Assembly: GCA_965199495.1 (NCBI GenBank) | Contig: CBDASK010000003.1 | Location: forward strand, 1,952,001 to 2,016,000 | Length of the DNA stretch: 64,000 nucleotides | Direction of reading: 5' to 3' | From: Abditibacterium sp. | Lineage (GTDB): Bacteria > Armatimonadota > Abditibacteriia > Abditibacteriales > Abditibacteriaceae | Shown here: positions 1-10,209 of the stretch, piece by piece | How the letters are laid out: every line of letters begins with the position of its first letter | How positions within the stretch are numbered: position 1 is the first letter of the stretch | Position numbers and translations under genes: made by a program | Notes under the pieces: model-generated | Database searches by the model: none | Told to the model about the DNA's origin: nothing | The model's input: only the letters and a program-made list of their open reading frames with translations

Positions 1-2
1 TG

Positions 3-1199
3 GTGATTTACAACAACAAATACGAGAAAACCAGCGGTTGGATCAAATCTTCGGTCGGGTTCGCCGAGAAATCGTCCGACGGCGACAAGACGATAAAACA
101 GCGCACGCTGGGCGAGTCGTTGAGCCTGACGCCGACCAATCAACATTGGACGATTTTTCGCGATAACACGAGCAAAATGGAGTTCATTCGCTCGTCGAAA
201 GAGCTGGTCGAAAAAGGCATGTTCGTCGAATTGAACGAATACGGTTGCCAAGTTTTTCTGGATTTTCGCGAAGTCAAAGACGAAAGCGGATTATATGCGC
301 GCTTGGCCAATTTGCTGGCGGGCGAGGGCACGCCAAGCGTAAATCGCGCGCTCAAAGAGATGTTGCTCGAATCGGTTTTGGTGCCATTTCGCAAACTCTG
401 CGACGCCGATTTGTGGGCGCAAGTGTTGGGAATCGCACCCAAAACGGCGGAAGTTGAAGCGCCCAAACTTGTGGCGAATTCGGCCAAGACGCCCGCCGTG
501 GCTGCTGTTGTCGAAGTGCCAAAAGTTGTAGCCGTTAAACCCGATGCGGCGGCGCTCGAAACGCTCGAAGAACGCTGGCTCAAAGCCGCGCGCGCCATCA
601 AACGCTTCGTGAAATCGGACGTGGACGAAGCGCAGTTACTCATTCAATTGCGCTCGCGTTTGGAACGCGCCATCGCGTCAAAAGCGCCCGATGCAACGCG
701 CGCACAGTTGTTGTCTTATGCTCTGGTCGCCGATTTGGGCGCGTTAAACGCGGGTGAAGGCGCGAAGACGCAAAGCCGCCAATGGTTCGACGATTGGCTC
801 TTGGGCGAATCGCTTGCCGTGCCATTGGAACAATTGGGCGCCGAAGCGGAGGCCGTTGTCGAAATCGGTTGGTGGCTGGCGCATCTACACAAAGCCGAGC
901 CGTTCGCACTGTTGTTGCAGTTATTGGCGGACGAAAGCGCCAAAGCGCAATTGGGCGTCAACCGCTTCGAGGGCACGTTGTGGTTTAATGCCGAAGGCTG
1001 GCAAACATTGCGCGAGGCGTTGCAACGCGGTGCCGAATTCGAGAGCATTAAGTTGCCGTTGAAGGAGTTGGACGATGCAGCCACGGCGAGTGGCTATCGC
1101 GTCGTCGCGTGGATGGAAGCGGCGCGTGGAACCGAGGAAGTCGCGGAAGTTGTGGCGCCGAAGCCGCAATCGGCGCGCAAAAAGGCACCGCAAAAGTAA
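3..1199 (+). CDS. C-terminal part of a large alpha-amylase-family (GH13-like) protein, 5'-truncated by the window edge
   Basis: ORF is open from the window start. YNNKYEKTSGWIKSS, YGCQVFLDF and LGVNRFEGTLWFNAE resemble the C-terminal region of long alpha-amylase-family proteins; the catalytic domain is not in the window. Confidence 0.55.
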   Translation: MIYNNKYEKTSGWIKSSVGFAEKSSDGDKTIKQRTLGESLSLTPTNQHWTIFRDNTSKMEFIRSSKELVEKGMFVELNEYGCQVFLDFREVKDESGLYARLANLLAGEGTPSVNRALKEMLLESVLVPFRKLCDADLWAQVLGIAPKTAEVEAPKLVANSAKTPAVAAVVEVPKVVAVKPDAAALETLEERWLKAARAIKRFVKSDVDEAQLLIQLRSRLERAIASKAPDATRAQLLSYALVADLGALNAGEGAKTQSRQWFDDWLLGESLAVPLEQLGAEAEAVVEIGWWLAHLHKAEPFALLLQLLADESAKAQLGVNRFEGTLWFNAEGWQTLREALQRGAEFESIKLPLKELDDAATASGYRVVAWMEAARGTEEVAEVVAPKPQSARKKAPQK

Positions 1200-1229
1200 G
1201 CGCGCAAAGTACGGATGGGAGTGTCAACT

Positions 1230-2150
1230 ATGTTTTTCACTGGATTCGCTGACGAAGCGGGCGCGGATTTGTCGGTTCAAATCGCTGCCACGAAAGCTCT
1301 GGGCTGGCGCCACATCGAAATGCGCAACGTTCGCGTTGAAGGCGCGACCAACGCGAATTTCGTGGAAGGCGCACGAAGTGCCGTTGCGGGCGGCAATGTT
1401 TGCGATATTCCCGACGCGGCCTTCGAGCTTTTGGTCGCCGCGTTGGACGAAGCGGAGGTGCGAATCAATTGTTTCGGCTCGGCGCTGGCCAATGGCAGCA
1501 AAAGCGTCGAGGCGCCCTTTGACGACGAATGGCAAGAAGCCAAACGCGCCGCGCGCCGCATGGAGCGTTTGGGCACTCGATTAATTCGCGTGATGAGTTA
1601 TCGCGCCCTGCCCGGCGCCGACCAAATGGCCGACGAGCGGTTTCGGCGTCTACGCGAGATGAACCAATTGTTCGCGGATGCGGGCGCGCAAATGGTTCAC
1701 GAAAATTGCGCGGGATATGGTGGCAACAGCGCGCAGCATACGCTCGAAATGCTGGATGCGGTGCCGGGATTAAAACTCGTTTTCGATACCGGCAATCCCA
1801 CGCGCGAAGCCGATCTGTCAAAACCGCCCGACGAAACGGGCGCTCGCCCGCGCCAATCGTCGTGGGATTTTTATGCGCAGGTCAAAGCGCACATCGCCTA
1901 CGTTCACCTCAAAGACGGCATTTACGACGAAACCACCAAAACGCATCGCTGGGTCATGGCGGGCGACGGGCAAGGCGATGTGCGCCGCATTTTGGCCGAC
2001 TTGCTGGCCAACGGCTACGACGGCGGTTTGTCTATCGAGCCGCATTTACCCGCCGAACGGTTGCCCGAATTGGAACCGTCGAAAGCGCGCGTGCAGAACT
2101 ATTTGGATTTCGGGCGGCGCGCGATGCAGTTGGTTGACGAACTCAATTGA
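1230..2150 (+). CDS. Sugar phosphate isomerase/epimerase (xylose isomerase-like TIM barrel)
   Basis: FTGFADEA, HEN, LVFDTGNP, YVHLKDG, GDGQGD and SIEPH metal-binding motifs. Confidence 0.85.
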   Translation: MFFTGFADEAGADLSVQIAATKALGWRHIEMRNVRVEGATNANFVEGARSAVAGGNVCDIPDAAFELLVAALDEAEVRINCFGSALANGSKSVEAPFDDEWQEAKRAARRMERLGTRLIRVMSYRALPGADQMADERFRRLREMNQLFADAGAQMVHENCAGYGGNSAQHTLEMLDAVPGLKLVFDTGNPTREADLSKPPDETGARPRQSSWDFYAQVKAHIAYVHLKDGIYDETTKTHRWVMAGDGQGDVRRILADLLANGYDGGLSIEPHLPAERLPELEPSKARVQNYLDFGRRAMQLVDELN

Positions 2151-2301
2151 CAGAACTGCCAACGTGCCGCAATTTTTTGACGGCAATTCATAGCATTGTT
2201 CGAAGTCCTGTTGGCCTTTTGAAACGTAGATGTTACACTGGGCGCCCTTGAATCGCGCCCGCGCTTTTGCGCCGAAATTCGCGGTTCGGAGTTTCCCCCT
2301 T

Positions 2302-3867
2302 TTGAAGTCAAAAACCCCTGTTTCCGCGCGTCTCAAAACCGAATGGTTGGCCAATCCCGGCGTCAATCTCATCTCCGGTTTGCTGGTCGCGCTCGCGCTC
2401 ATTCCCGAAGCCATCGGCTTCTCGATTGTGTGCGGGCTTGATCCCAAATACGGTTTATACGCCTCGTTCATTATCGCCGTCACGATTTCGATTGCTGGCG
2501 GGCGCATGGGCATGATCTCGGCAGCCACGGGCGCCGTGGCTCTGGCCCTCGTGCCGTTGTTGCGCCCGGATTTGGGCGCGCCCTCGCCCGAAAACATCAA
2601 TTTGATGTTCGCCGCCGCGATTATCGCGGGCCTGTTTCAGATTTTGTTCGGCTGGCGCAAGCTGGGACGCTATATGAAATACGTGCCCAAACCGGTCATG
2701 GTCGGCTTTGTCAACGCGCTCGCGATTTTGATTTTCATGGCGCAGTGGCCACAATTTCATGGCGCCAACTGGACGATGTATGCCTTCATTGCCGCCGGAC
2801 TCGCGATTATTTATGGTTTGCCCGCCTTGTTGAATCTGCTGCCCGAAGGGCCGGGCCAAAGTTTGGGCCTCATTCCCTCGCCCTTAATTGCTATTATCGT
2901 ATTGACGATGTCGGCGCATTATTCGGGCATCATCGGCATCAAAACGGTCGGCGATATGGGCGAATTTCCCTCCTCGCTGCCCCATTTGAACTTTTTCACG
3001 ATTCCGATTAACACGACGACGCTCGCGATCATTATTCCGCTTGGTCTAACAATCGCGATGATCGGCCTTATTGAATCGCTTTTAACCGCGCAATTGTTGG
3101 ACGAAAAAACCGACACGCCGAGCGACAAAAGTCGCGAATCGAAAGGTCAGGGCATCGCCAATATCCTATCGAGCCTATTTGGCGGAATGCCCGGTTGCGC
3201 GATGATCGGCCAATCCATGATCAACTTCGCGGGCGGCGGGCGCACGCGACTTTCCACGTTTTCGGCGGGCGTTTTTCTGCTGATTTTGATTGTCGCGCTG
3301 GGGCCATACGTCAAAATGATGCCGATGGGCGCTCTGGTTGCCGTGATGATTATGGTCTCGGTTTCGACGTTCGATTGGAAATCGTTGTCCAGTCTCAAAG
3401 AGCAGCCACGCGGCGAAGCCATCGTGATGTTGGCGACTGTTGGCACCACAGTTTTGACCCACGATTTATCGCGCGGCGTCCTCGTCGGCGTGGTTTTGTC
3501 GGCTTTATTTTTCCTGCGCCGCATCTCTAAGATGATGGACATCGAGAGTTTTTGGGACGGCGAAACGCGCACGATTACGCACGCGATTCACGGCCAAATG
3601 TTCTTCGCTTCGACGACGGCGTTTTTGGAACTGATTGACGATACCAACGCCGATTACGAAGCCGCCGAGCGTTTCGTGTTAGATTTTCGCGGCTCGCACG
3701 TTTGGGACGGCTCCGCCGTGGCTGCTGTTGATAAAGTTGTCTTGCGCGAACGCAATCGCGGTTTGGAAGTCGAAGTCATCGGTTTGAACGAAGCGAGCGA
3801 AGGTATTGTGGATAAGTTGGCCGTGCATCGCAGCGATGACGCGCCGCAAAGCCTAAGCGCGCATTGA
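2302..3867 (+). CDS. SulP family inorganic anion transporter with C-terminal STAS domain (start uncertain)
   Basis: ALALIPEAIGFS, GGRMGMISAATGA, GMPGCAMIGQS and STAS-like GQMFFAS...DGSAVAAVDKV. Confidence 0.92.
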   Translation: MKSKTPVSARLKTEWLANPGVNLISGLLVALALIPEAIGFSIVCGLDPKYGLYASFIIAVTISIAGGRMGMISAATGAVALALVPLLRPDLGAPSPENINLMFAAAIIAGLFQILFGWRKLGRYMKYVPKPVMVGFVNALAILIFMAQWPQFHGANWTMYAFIAAGLAIIYGLPALLNLLPEGPGQSLGLIPSPLIAIIVLTMSAHYSGIIGIKTVGDMGEFPSSLPHLNFFTIPINTTTLAIIIPLGLTIAMIGLIESLLTAQLLDEKTDTPSDKSRESKGQGIANILSSLFGGMPGCAMIGQSMINFAGGGRTRLSTFSAGVFLLILIVALGPYVKMMPMGALVAVMIMVSVSTFDWKSLSSLKEQPRGEAIVMLATVGTTVLTHDLSRGVLVGVVLSALFFLRRISKMMDIESFWDGETRTITHAIHGQMFFASTTAFLELIDDTNADYEAAERFVLDFRGSHVWDGSAVAAVDKVVLRERNRGLEVEVIGLNEASEGIVDKLAVHRSDDAPQSLSAH

Positions 3868-3875
3868 TGTTTTAA

Positions 3876-4010
3876 GCCACAAAGTTCACGGAGAACGCAC
3901 AAAGGACACGAAGACAAGAAACTAATTTATAAAATCGAGAATATGAAATAGAGTTCTTTTATTTGATAATTTCTATTGCTTTCTTTGTGTTCCTTTGTGT
4001 TCTTTGTGGC
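3876..4010. repeat. Intergenic inverted element built from CACAAAG-containing 9-10 bp units around an AT-rich spacer
   Basis: GCCACAAAG...CACAAAGGACACGAAG on the left and CTTTGTGTTCCTTTGTGTTCTTTGTGGC on the right; related to copies at 30428 and 56981. Confidence 0.75.
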
Positions 4011-4084
4011 CAATTTGAACCTTGATTTGCAGCAACAAGCCGACGGGTGAAAGCGAATCGAAACTTCTGCGTCCACCGGACGCG

Positions 4085-4456
4085 ATGACAAAAACTTCTC
4101 TGAAACTGACGGCGATTTTCGCATTAAGCGGCGCCCTTGCCGTCGCGCCTCATAGCGAGGCCAAACCGAAAAAGCATCAAAAAGCCAAGCATTCCTCGAA
4201 GCGCACCGTGCGCGGGCGCGCTTCTTACCACCAACATACATCGAGCATGGTGACGGCGGCGCGCGTGCCGCGTGGCTCGAAATTGTGGGTCTGGCACGCC
4301 AGCAAACCCGAAGCGAGCGGTTTCGCTGTCACCGTCAACGATGCTGGCCCTTACACGCCCGGTCGCGTTTTGGATTTATCAACCGGCGCGTTCAAACGTC
4401 TCTACGGCGGCCTCAATCGCGGCGTCGGCCCGGTCTGCTACCGCGTCCTCAGCTAA
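4085..4456 (+). CDS. RlpA-like secreted protein (DPBB domain)
   Basis: Signal peptide, then GRASYH...TAA...PRGSKL...VTVNDAGPY...RVLDLS. Confidence 0.8.
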   Translation: MTKTSLKLTAIFALSGALAVAPHSEAKPKKHQKAKHSSKRTVRGRASYHQHTSSMVTAARVPRGSKLWVWHASKPEASGFAVTVNDAGPYTPGRVLDLSTGAFKRLYGGLNRGVGPVCYRVLS

Positions 4457-4458
4457 TT

Positions 4459-5403
4459 TTAATAGCCCGCGTCGGCATCCACCAAGTTATGCAGAGGTTT
4501 GTCGGCAATGAACCGCTGCAAATTATCCAGAAATATTTCATTCGCGCGCGCCGTATAATCGGGATGATTGCCGCTGAAATGCGGCGTAATCACGACATTC
4601 TCCATTGTCCACAACGGATGATCGGCGGGCAATGGTTCGGGATCGGTCACATCCAACAGCGCCGCGCGGGCTTTGCCGCTTTGCAACCACGCCATCAACG
4701 CGCCGGTATCAATGGTTTCGCCGCGTCCGGTGTTAATCACAATCGCGCCATCGGGCAAAGCCTCGAACTCGGCGTGGCTCATAAAACCGCGTGTATCGTC
4801 GGTGAGCGGCAAAGTATTCATCACGACATCGCACTGCGCGAAAAACTCGATTTTCTGGTCGGGCGTCCACATTTGCTCGACATCATCAACCGGTTCGCCG
4901 CCCTTGCGCAAACCGATGACGCGCATATCAAACGCCTTTCCAACGTGCGCCGCGTGCGCGCCGATGGCGCCGACGCCCAAAACGCCCAGCGTTTTGTCGG
5001 CGATGCGCTGCACGCGCGGGCCATAATCGAAGCCACGCCAATCGCGTTTGGGTTGCTCGCGTAGAGCCACGTCGAGGGCGCGCGTGTTCATTAGCAGCAT
5101 ACCAAACATCTGCTCGGTAATCGGCTGCGCGTGAATGCCGCTGGTCGTGGTGACTTGAACGCCACGTTTTGCGAGTTCTTGAATGGGCCAACGATTGACG
5201 CCCGCGCTGAACAATTGCAGCCAGCGCAAATTTTCAGCGCGCCCAATTTCGTCGGGCTTGACGCTTTCGTAAATGATGTGAGCGCGCTTCAACGCGCTTT
5301 CGTCGTCGGGCGAAACGATTTCGCAATCGGGCGCGATTTCGCCGATGCGAGCGTGCAAATTTTCGTCTTTGTTGCCAACGAGCAACACTAAATTTTCGTT
5401 CAT
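4459..5403 (-). CDS. D-2-hydroxyacid dehydrogenase
   Basis: GVGAIG Rossmann motif, INTGRG, LDVTDPEPLP and ITPH. Confidence 0.92.
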   Translation of the reverse strand: MNENLVLLVGNKDENLHARIGEIAPDCEIVSPDDESALKRAHIIYESVKPDEIGRAENLRWLQLFSAGVNRWPIQELAKRGVQVTTTSGIHAQPITEQMFGMLLMNTRALDVALREQPKRDWRGFDYGPRVQRIADKTLGVLGVGAIGAHAAHVGKAFDMRVIGLRKGGEPVDDVEQMWTPDQKIEFFAQCDVVMNTLPLTDDTRGFMSHAEFEALPDGAIVINTGRGETIDTGALMAWLQSGKARAALLDVTDPEPLPADHPLWTMENVVITPHFSGNHPDYTARANEIFLDNLQRFIADKPLHNLVDADAGY

Positions 5404-5438
5404 CGCGCGCATTGGAGCGGATAGCACGCCAAACGCAA

Positions 5439-5473
5439 AAAACCGGATTCATCGTAAGAATGAATCCGGTTTT
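5439..5473 (-). terminator. Intrinsic terminator downstream of tRNA-Ala
   Basis: AAAACCGGATTCAT-7 nt loop-ATGAATCCGGTTTT, with a T-run on the minus strand. Confidence 0.75.
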
Positions 5474-5479
5474 AAATTA

Positions 5480-5552
5480 TGGAGCTTAGCGGAATCGAAC
5501 CGCTGACCTCCTGCTTGCAAAGCAGGCGCTCTCCCAATTGAGCTAAAGCCCC
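5480..5552 (-). tRNA. tRNA-Ala (anticodon UGC); CCA not encoded
   Basis: The reverse complement GGGGCTTTAGCTCAATTGGGAGAGCGCCTGCTTTGCAAGCAGGAGGTCAGCGGTTCGATTCCGCTAAGCTCCA folds as a cloverleaf with G3.U70 and a TTCGA T-loop. Confidence 0.97.
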
Positions 5553-5565
5553 AAAAGACGCTAAC

Positions 5566-5595
5566 ATTATACCGCAAAACGCCCAGTCGCGACAA
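5566..5595 (-). promoter_or_regulatory. Sigma70-type promoter of tRNA-Ala
   Basis: Minus strand TTGTCG-18 nt-TATAAT, ending 13 nt upstream of the tRNA 5' end. Confidence 0.6.
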
Positions 5596-5624
5596 CTCGC
5601 CAAACTGTATCTCAAATAAATTTT

Positions 5625-7415
5625 ATGGCCCTGCTTAGTCTTCAGAACATCTCCTATCGCGTCGCCGACGCGCCGCTACTCGAAAACGCCGATTTACAAA
5701 TCGAGCGCGGCGAACGCGTCTGTATCGTCGGGCGCAACGGCGCCGGGAAATCGACATTACTGCGCATTATTTCGGGCGAAATCGCGCCCGACGACGGAAT
5801 TGTTGTGATTGACAAAGGCGTCAAAGTCGCGCGTTTGCCCCAGGAAGTGCCCGAAGGTTTCGTTGGAACGGTCGCGCAAATCGTCGCGGGCGATTCGGGC
5901 GCGCAACCGCACGAAATTGAGGCGACGATTTCGCGCTTGGGATTGGAAGGCGACGCGCAATTTCAAACGTTGTCGGGCGGCATGAAGCGGCGGGCGTGGC
6001 TGGGTCGCACGCTGGTTTCGCAGCCCGACGTTTTGTTATTGGACGAGCCGACCAACCATCTGGATATTGATTCGATTCAATGGCTCGAAGAGTTTTTGCT
6101 GCGCTATGTGCGCACGATTTTGTTCGTCAGCCACGACCGCGCCTTCACGCGCAATCTGGCGACGCGCATCGTCGAAATCGACCGCGCGACTTTGTATGCG
6201 TGGAACTGCAACTACGACGAATATCTGGAGCGCAAAGCCTCGGCGCTGGCCAACGAAGAACGCGAGCGCGCGTTGTTCGATAAAAAATTGGCGCAGGAAG
6301 AAGTCTGGATTCGCAAAGGCGTCGAGGCGCGGCGCACCAAAAGCAACAGCCGCATTCGTGAACTGATCAAAATGCGCGAAGAACGCTCGCAACGCCGCGA
6401 ACGTTTGGGAAATGTCGGAATGGAATTGCAAAGCGCGCAACGTTCGGGCGCTTTGGTCGCGCAGGCGAAAAATATCGCGTTTGCGTATAACGGCGAAAAA
6501 CCGATTGTCGAAGATTTCACGACGACAATTATGCGCGGCGATAAAGTCGGCATCATCGGGCCAAACGGCGCGGGAAAAACCACGCTTTTGCGTTTATTAC
6601 TGGGCCAACTCGAACCGCAATCGGGCGAAGTGAAGCTGGGAACGAACCTGCAAATCGCTTATTTCGATCAGTTGCGCGCGCAACTCGATCCCGAATTAAC
6701 GGTGCAACAGAACGTCGCGGGCGAGAATTCGACCGTGCAATTCAACGGCGAACACGTTCACGTCGTCGGATATTTGAACCAATTTTTGTTTTCGTCGCCG
6801 CGCATTCGCACCAAAGTCAAGTTTTTATCGGGCGGCGAACGCAATCGCTTATTGCTGGCCAAATTGTTTACGCAACCGGCGAATTTGTTGGTGATGGACG
6901 AGCCGACCAACGATTTGGACGCCGAAACGCTCGACTTATTGGAAGAATTGTTGATGAATTTCAAAGGCACGCTGTTGATGGTGAGCCACGACCGCGCGTT
7001 TTTGAATAACGTCGTGACGGGAACTTTGGTTTTCGAGCCAAACGCGGATGGCGATTTAGAATTGCAAGAATACGTCGGCGGCTACGACGATTGGTTGCGC
7101 CAACGCCCGCAAATAGCAGCCACGCCGGAAGTGAAAGTCGCGTCCAAAGTTGTTAAGGCGCCAAAAGCACGCAAATTGAGCTTCAAAGAAACGCGCGAAT
7201 TGGAAAGTTTGCCCGCGCAAATCGAGCAGTTGGAAACCGAACAAGCCGAATTAGTCGAGAAGTTGGCCGACCCAGATTTATACAGCGACGGAGCCAAAGT
7301 GAGTGCGACAACGGCGCGCATGAAAGCGGTCGAAAACGCATTGGAAACCGCGTTCGAGCGTTGGGAAGAATTACTCGAAATGGAGAAAAAATCGGCGGCG
7401 GGCGAACTGTTTTGA
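5625..7415 (+). CDS. uup: ABC-F family ATPase (Uup-like)
   Basis: Two ABC domains (GRNGAGKS/LSGG/LDEPTNHLD and GPNGAGKT/LSGGE/DEPTNDLD) plus a C-terminal KLSFKE..ELE coiled coil. Confidence 0.88.
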   Translation: MALLSLQNISYRVADAPLLENADLQIERGERVCIVGRNGAGKSTLLRIISGEIAPDDGIVVIDKGVKVARLPQEVPEGFVGTVAQIVAGDSGAQPHEIEATISRLGLEGDAQFQTLSGGMKRRAWLGRTLVSQPDVLLLDEPTNHLDIDSIQWLEEFLLRYVRTILFVSHDRAFTRNLATRIVEIDRATLYAWNCNYDEYLERKASALANEERERALFDKKLAQEEVWIRKGVEARRTKSNSRIRELIKMREERSQRRERLGNVGMELQSAQRSGALVAQAKNIAFAYNGEKPIVEDFTTTIMRGDKVGIIGPNGAGKTTLLRLLLGQLEPQSGEVKLGTNLQIAYFDQLRAQLDPELTVQQNVAGENSTVQFNGEHVHVVGYLNQFLFSSPRIRTKVKFLSGGERNRLLLAKLFTQPANLLVMDEPTNDLDAETLDLLEELLMNFKGTLLMVSHDRAFLNNVVTGTLVFEPNADGDLELQEYVGGYDDWLRQRPQIAATPEVKVASKVVKAPKARKLSFKETRELESLPAQIEQLETEQAELVEKLADPDLYSDGAKVSATTARMKAVENALETAFERWEELLEMEKKSAAGELF

Positions 7416-7456
7416 GGGCGCAACTTGCGCGTTGAACGGCGCGTCAAATGACGTAA

Positions 7457-8881
7457 ATGATATTACGTATTTTGCAGGTCGTGTTGAAGTTCACAACGGT
7501 GGGAATGACTTTGGTCGCGCTGATTCATTCTCTTGAGGCCGCGCCCAAATCGGCGATTGTGGCGCCCAATCCGTTACCTTTGGGGCAACGATTGCCGATG
7601 CCGCCCGAAGGAATTGACGGGATCGAAGGCCAGTTTCGCAATTATCAATGGGAAAAGATGGCGCGCGATTTACGTGTGCGCGACTTGCGCGTTTACGACT
7701 GGCCGCAGGCTTACAACAAAGTGGGCGAGGCCGGAAAGCAGCAAAGCTTGGTTATCGAACGTTTGCGTCGCGCCGGATATAAAGTGCAAAAATTCGAGTG
7801 GACGGGCTATAATCCCGCCGACACCGAAGGTTTTGAAGCGTATCGCGTGGGCGAAACTTTGGCGGCGATGTGGCGCAATAACGGCTCGCATTTGCTGCTT
7901 TACTGGGGTCATCAGGCGCCCGCGACGCCCGCGCAAAAGCGCGATGATGAACTGTTGCAAGCCGCCGCCGCCGAAGATGTCGCTCGCGCGAAAACGGCAT
8001 TGTTAAGGGGCGCCAATCCCAACGCCCTCGATTACAGCGGCGAATCGGTGCTAAGTTTGGCGGCGAACACGGGCAATATCCCAATTGTTAAAGCTCTATT
8101 GCGCGCGCAGCAAACGGCGCCCGGCGCGGCGGGCACGAAATTGAACATCGGCGATTGGCTGAAATTTGCCGTTGCGCGCGACGATACCGATTTGCTGCGA
8201 CTGTTTTTGGCTAAAGGCGCCACGCCCAACCAGATTGGCGCGGCGTTGCAAGAGGCCGCCGCGCGTGGCGCGCGCAAATGCGCGCCCTTGCTCATCGAAC
8301 ACGCGCCGCGCGCTTGGATCAACTCGGCGTTGTGGCAAGCGGCATTTGTCGAAGAGTGGCGCGGATCGGCCATTCAATATCCCGACATCGTGAAACTTTT
8401 GCTGACGCGAAAACCCGATAAAAGCGCGCTCGACGTGGCGCTCTTGCGTGTTGCGGGATTTGACGATCAAGGCATTGTTGTTCCGCTCTTGTTGGAGGCG
8501 GGCGCCGATCCCAATGCCAGCGACGAACAAGGAGAAACCGCCTTGATTCACGCGCTCAAAGATTATGATCCCAATTCGGTGCGCAATCTCTTAAAAGCGG
8601 GCGCCGATCCCAACGCTAAAAGCGCGCGAGGCACTCCAGCTTTGGTTATGGCGCTGGGCACACCGTTCGACTTGGACGAATTACTGAAGTATTCCCCTGA
8701 CCTGAGCGCGCGCACTAAATCGGGTGCGACGGCTTTAGATTTTGCGCGCAACACGTTGGAATCGCTCACCAAAAAAGCGGCTCAAAAAGAGAATCCTAAT
8801 TATAAAGATGATCAAGCGTATCGTAACGATTGGCGGAAAATCGTCGCTCGTTTGGAAGCACTCACTCAATCTCAACATTAG
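7457..8881 (+). CDS. Secreted ankyrin-repeat protein
   Basis: Repeated GANPNA/GADPNA..GETAL motifs and a hydrophobic N-terminus. Confidence 0.8.
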   Translation: MILRILQVVLKFTTVGMTLVALIHSLEAAPKSAIVAPNPLPLGQRLPMPPEGIDGIEGQFRNYQWEKMARDLRVRDLRVYDWPQAYNKVGEAGKQQSLVIERLRRAGYKVQKFEWTGYNPADTEGFEAYRVGETLAAMWRNNGSHLLLYWGHQAPATPAQKRDDELLQAAAAEDVARAKTALLRGANPNALDYSGESVLSLAANTGNIPIVKALLRAQQTAPGAAGTKLNIGDWLKFAVARDDTDLLRLFLAKGATPNQIGAALQEAAARGARKCAPLLIEHAPRAWINSALWQAAFVEEWRGSAIQYPDIVKLLLTRKPDKSALDVALLRVAGFDDQGIVVPLLLEAGADPNASDEQGETALIHALKDYDPNSVRNLLKAGADPNAKSARGTPALVMALGTPFDLDELLKYSPDLSARTKSGATALDFARNTLESLTKKAAQKENPNYKDDQAYRNDWRKIVARLEALTQSQH

Positions 8882-8891
8882 GAGGTGAATT

Positions 8892-9242
8892 ATGCCAAAA
8901 AAGAAAAAACCGAAACGCGATCCGAATCAGCCGCTTTTGCAGGGGCGCGACGCTTACATTGCGCGCCTGAAAGCGGGCGAAACCGTGAGTTTTCGCGAGG
9001 GCGGCAACTCGATGACGCCGCGCATTAAATCGCGCGAGAAATGCACGTATGAACCCGTGACTTCCATTGATGAACTCAAAGTTGGCGACGCCGTTTTCTG
9101 TAAAGTTGGCGGCAACTTTTTTACGCATTTGATTACCGCGATTCGTGATGAACAAGTGCAAATCTCGAACAATCACGGGCACGTCAACGGTTGGACGCAT
9201 ATCTCGAACGTGTTCGGGCGCGTGATTGCTATCGAGAAATAA
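8892..9242 (+). CDS. Small S24/S26 peptidase-like protein
   Basis: GNSMTPRI motif, VGDAVF, C-terminal VFGRV; strong SD sequence AGGAGGTG. Confidence 0.55.
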   Translation: MPKKKKPKRDPNQPLLQGRDAYIARLKAGETVSFREGGNSMTPRIKSREKCTYEPVTSIDELKVGDAVFCKVGGNFFTHLITAIRDEQVQISNNHGHVNGWTHISNVFGRVIAIEK

Positions 9243-10209
9243 ACCGCGTTTCGATTTCGGCAATCGCTCGCTTCAAGCGCGTTGGATGATCGCCCAAAAC
9301 CAACAGCCATGGCGTCGCTTGCGCGTTCAATTCTTCGACGAACTGCGCGTGCATCCCAGCGCGAATCGCTTCGCCGTCGCGGATGCCGTCTTGCACGAAC
9401 GGAATATTGGCGTCGGTTAATAGATACAAATCGGCGTGGCCCGCGTTGGCAATCGCTTCGACATCGGGCGAAAATTCGCTCATGTAGCGATGATGCCACA
9501 AGCGTGTCGTCCACGCGTTGGTATCGCAAATTAAAATGCGATTGGCGTCGCGCGCCGTCGCGTTTTCGCGCTTTTGTTGTTCGGCTGCAATTTGCGCAAA
9601 TTCTTCGCTGCGCCAGACGTAATCCAAGCCGCTCCAATATTTTTCGCAGTATTCGCGGCCATATTCTTCGACCCACGCGGTTTGGAAATGCGCTGCCAAA
9701 GCGCGCGCCAAGGTCGTGGTGCCGCTCGATTCGGCGCCCACGACGACGACGCGCGGCACAAAATGGGCGCGCACATGGGGGCGCAACCAATCGAAGTGGG
9801 CGCACGGATTGTCGCGAATCCACGTCGCGCGCATTGGGATTTTCGCGCGCTTTAAATCGACGCAAACGTGCGCACAATCCATGCAATGCGCCCAGCGCGC
9901 GCCGTATTCTTCGCTGGTGAAGGCGGCGTCGGGCTTTTCGCCGAGCCATCCGATGGTTAAATTCGCCCACAACTGCGAATCGTTATCGTCGAGTTCGGGC
10001 TTGTCGTCAATGACAATCACGTTGGCCGTCGGATGCGCCTCGCGCAGCCACGCCGCGCGCGTCGGGCCGGGAATAAAATCATCGGCGCGCCAGCAGACGA
10101 TAACCGTCAAACGTTCGCACTGCGCCAAAGCGGTTTCGATGAGAAAATGATGGCCCAGATGCGGCGGCAAAAACTTGCCGATGGTGACGCCTAAATCAAA
10201 TCGTTTCAT
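9229..10209 (-). CDS. NadR-like NMN adenylyltransferase / nicotinamide riboside kinase (no HTH domain)
   Basis: GKFLPPHLGH (HxGH) nucleotidyltransferase motif, then GAESSGTTTL, EYGREY, LICDT and PFVQDGIRD; coupled to pnuC. Confidence 0.85.
   Translation of the reverse strand: MKRFDLGVTIGKFLPPHLGHHFLIETALAQCERLTVIVCWRADDFIPGPTRAAWLREAHPTANVIVIDDKPELDDNDSQLWANLTIGWLGEKPDAAFTSEEYGARWAHCMDCAHVCVDLKRAKIPMRATWIRDNPCAHFDWLRPHVRAHFVPRVVVVGAESSGTTTLARALAAHFQTAWVEEYGREYCEKYWSGLDYVWRSEEFAQIAAEQQKRENATARDANRILICDTNAWTTRLWHHRYMSEFSPDVEAIANAGHADLYLLTDANIPFVQDGIRDGEAIRAGMHAQFVEELNAQATPWLLVLGDHPTRLKRAIAEIETRFISR

Noticed and set aside
5439..5552. tRNA-Ala as an island integration site
   Set aside because: No duplicated tRNA 3' end or integrase was seen, and the flanking genes look native.
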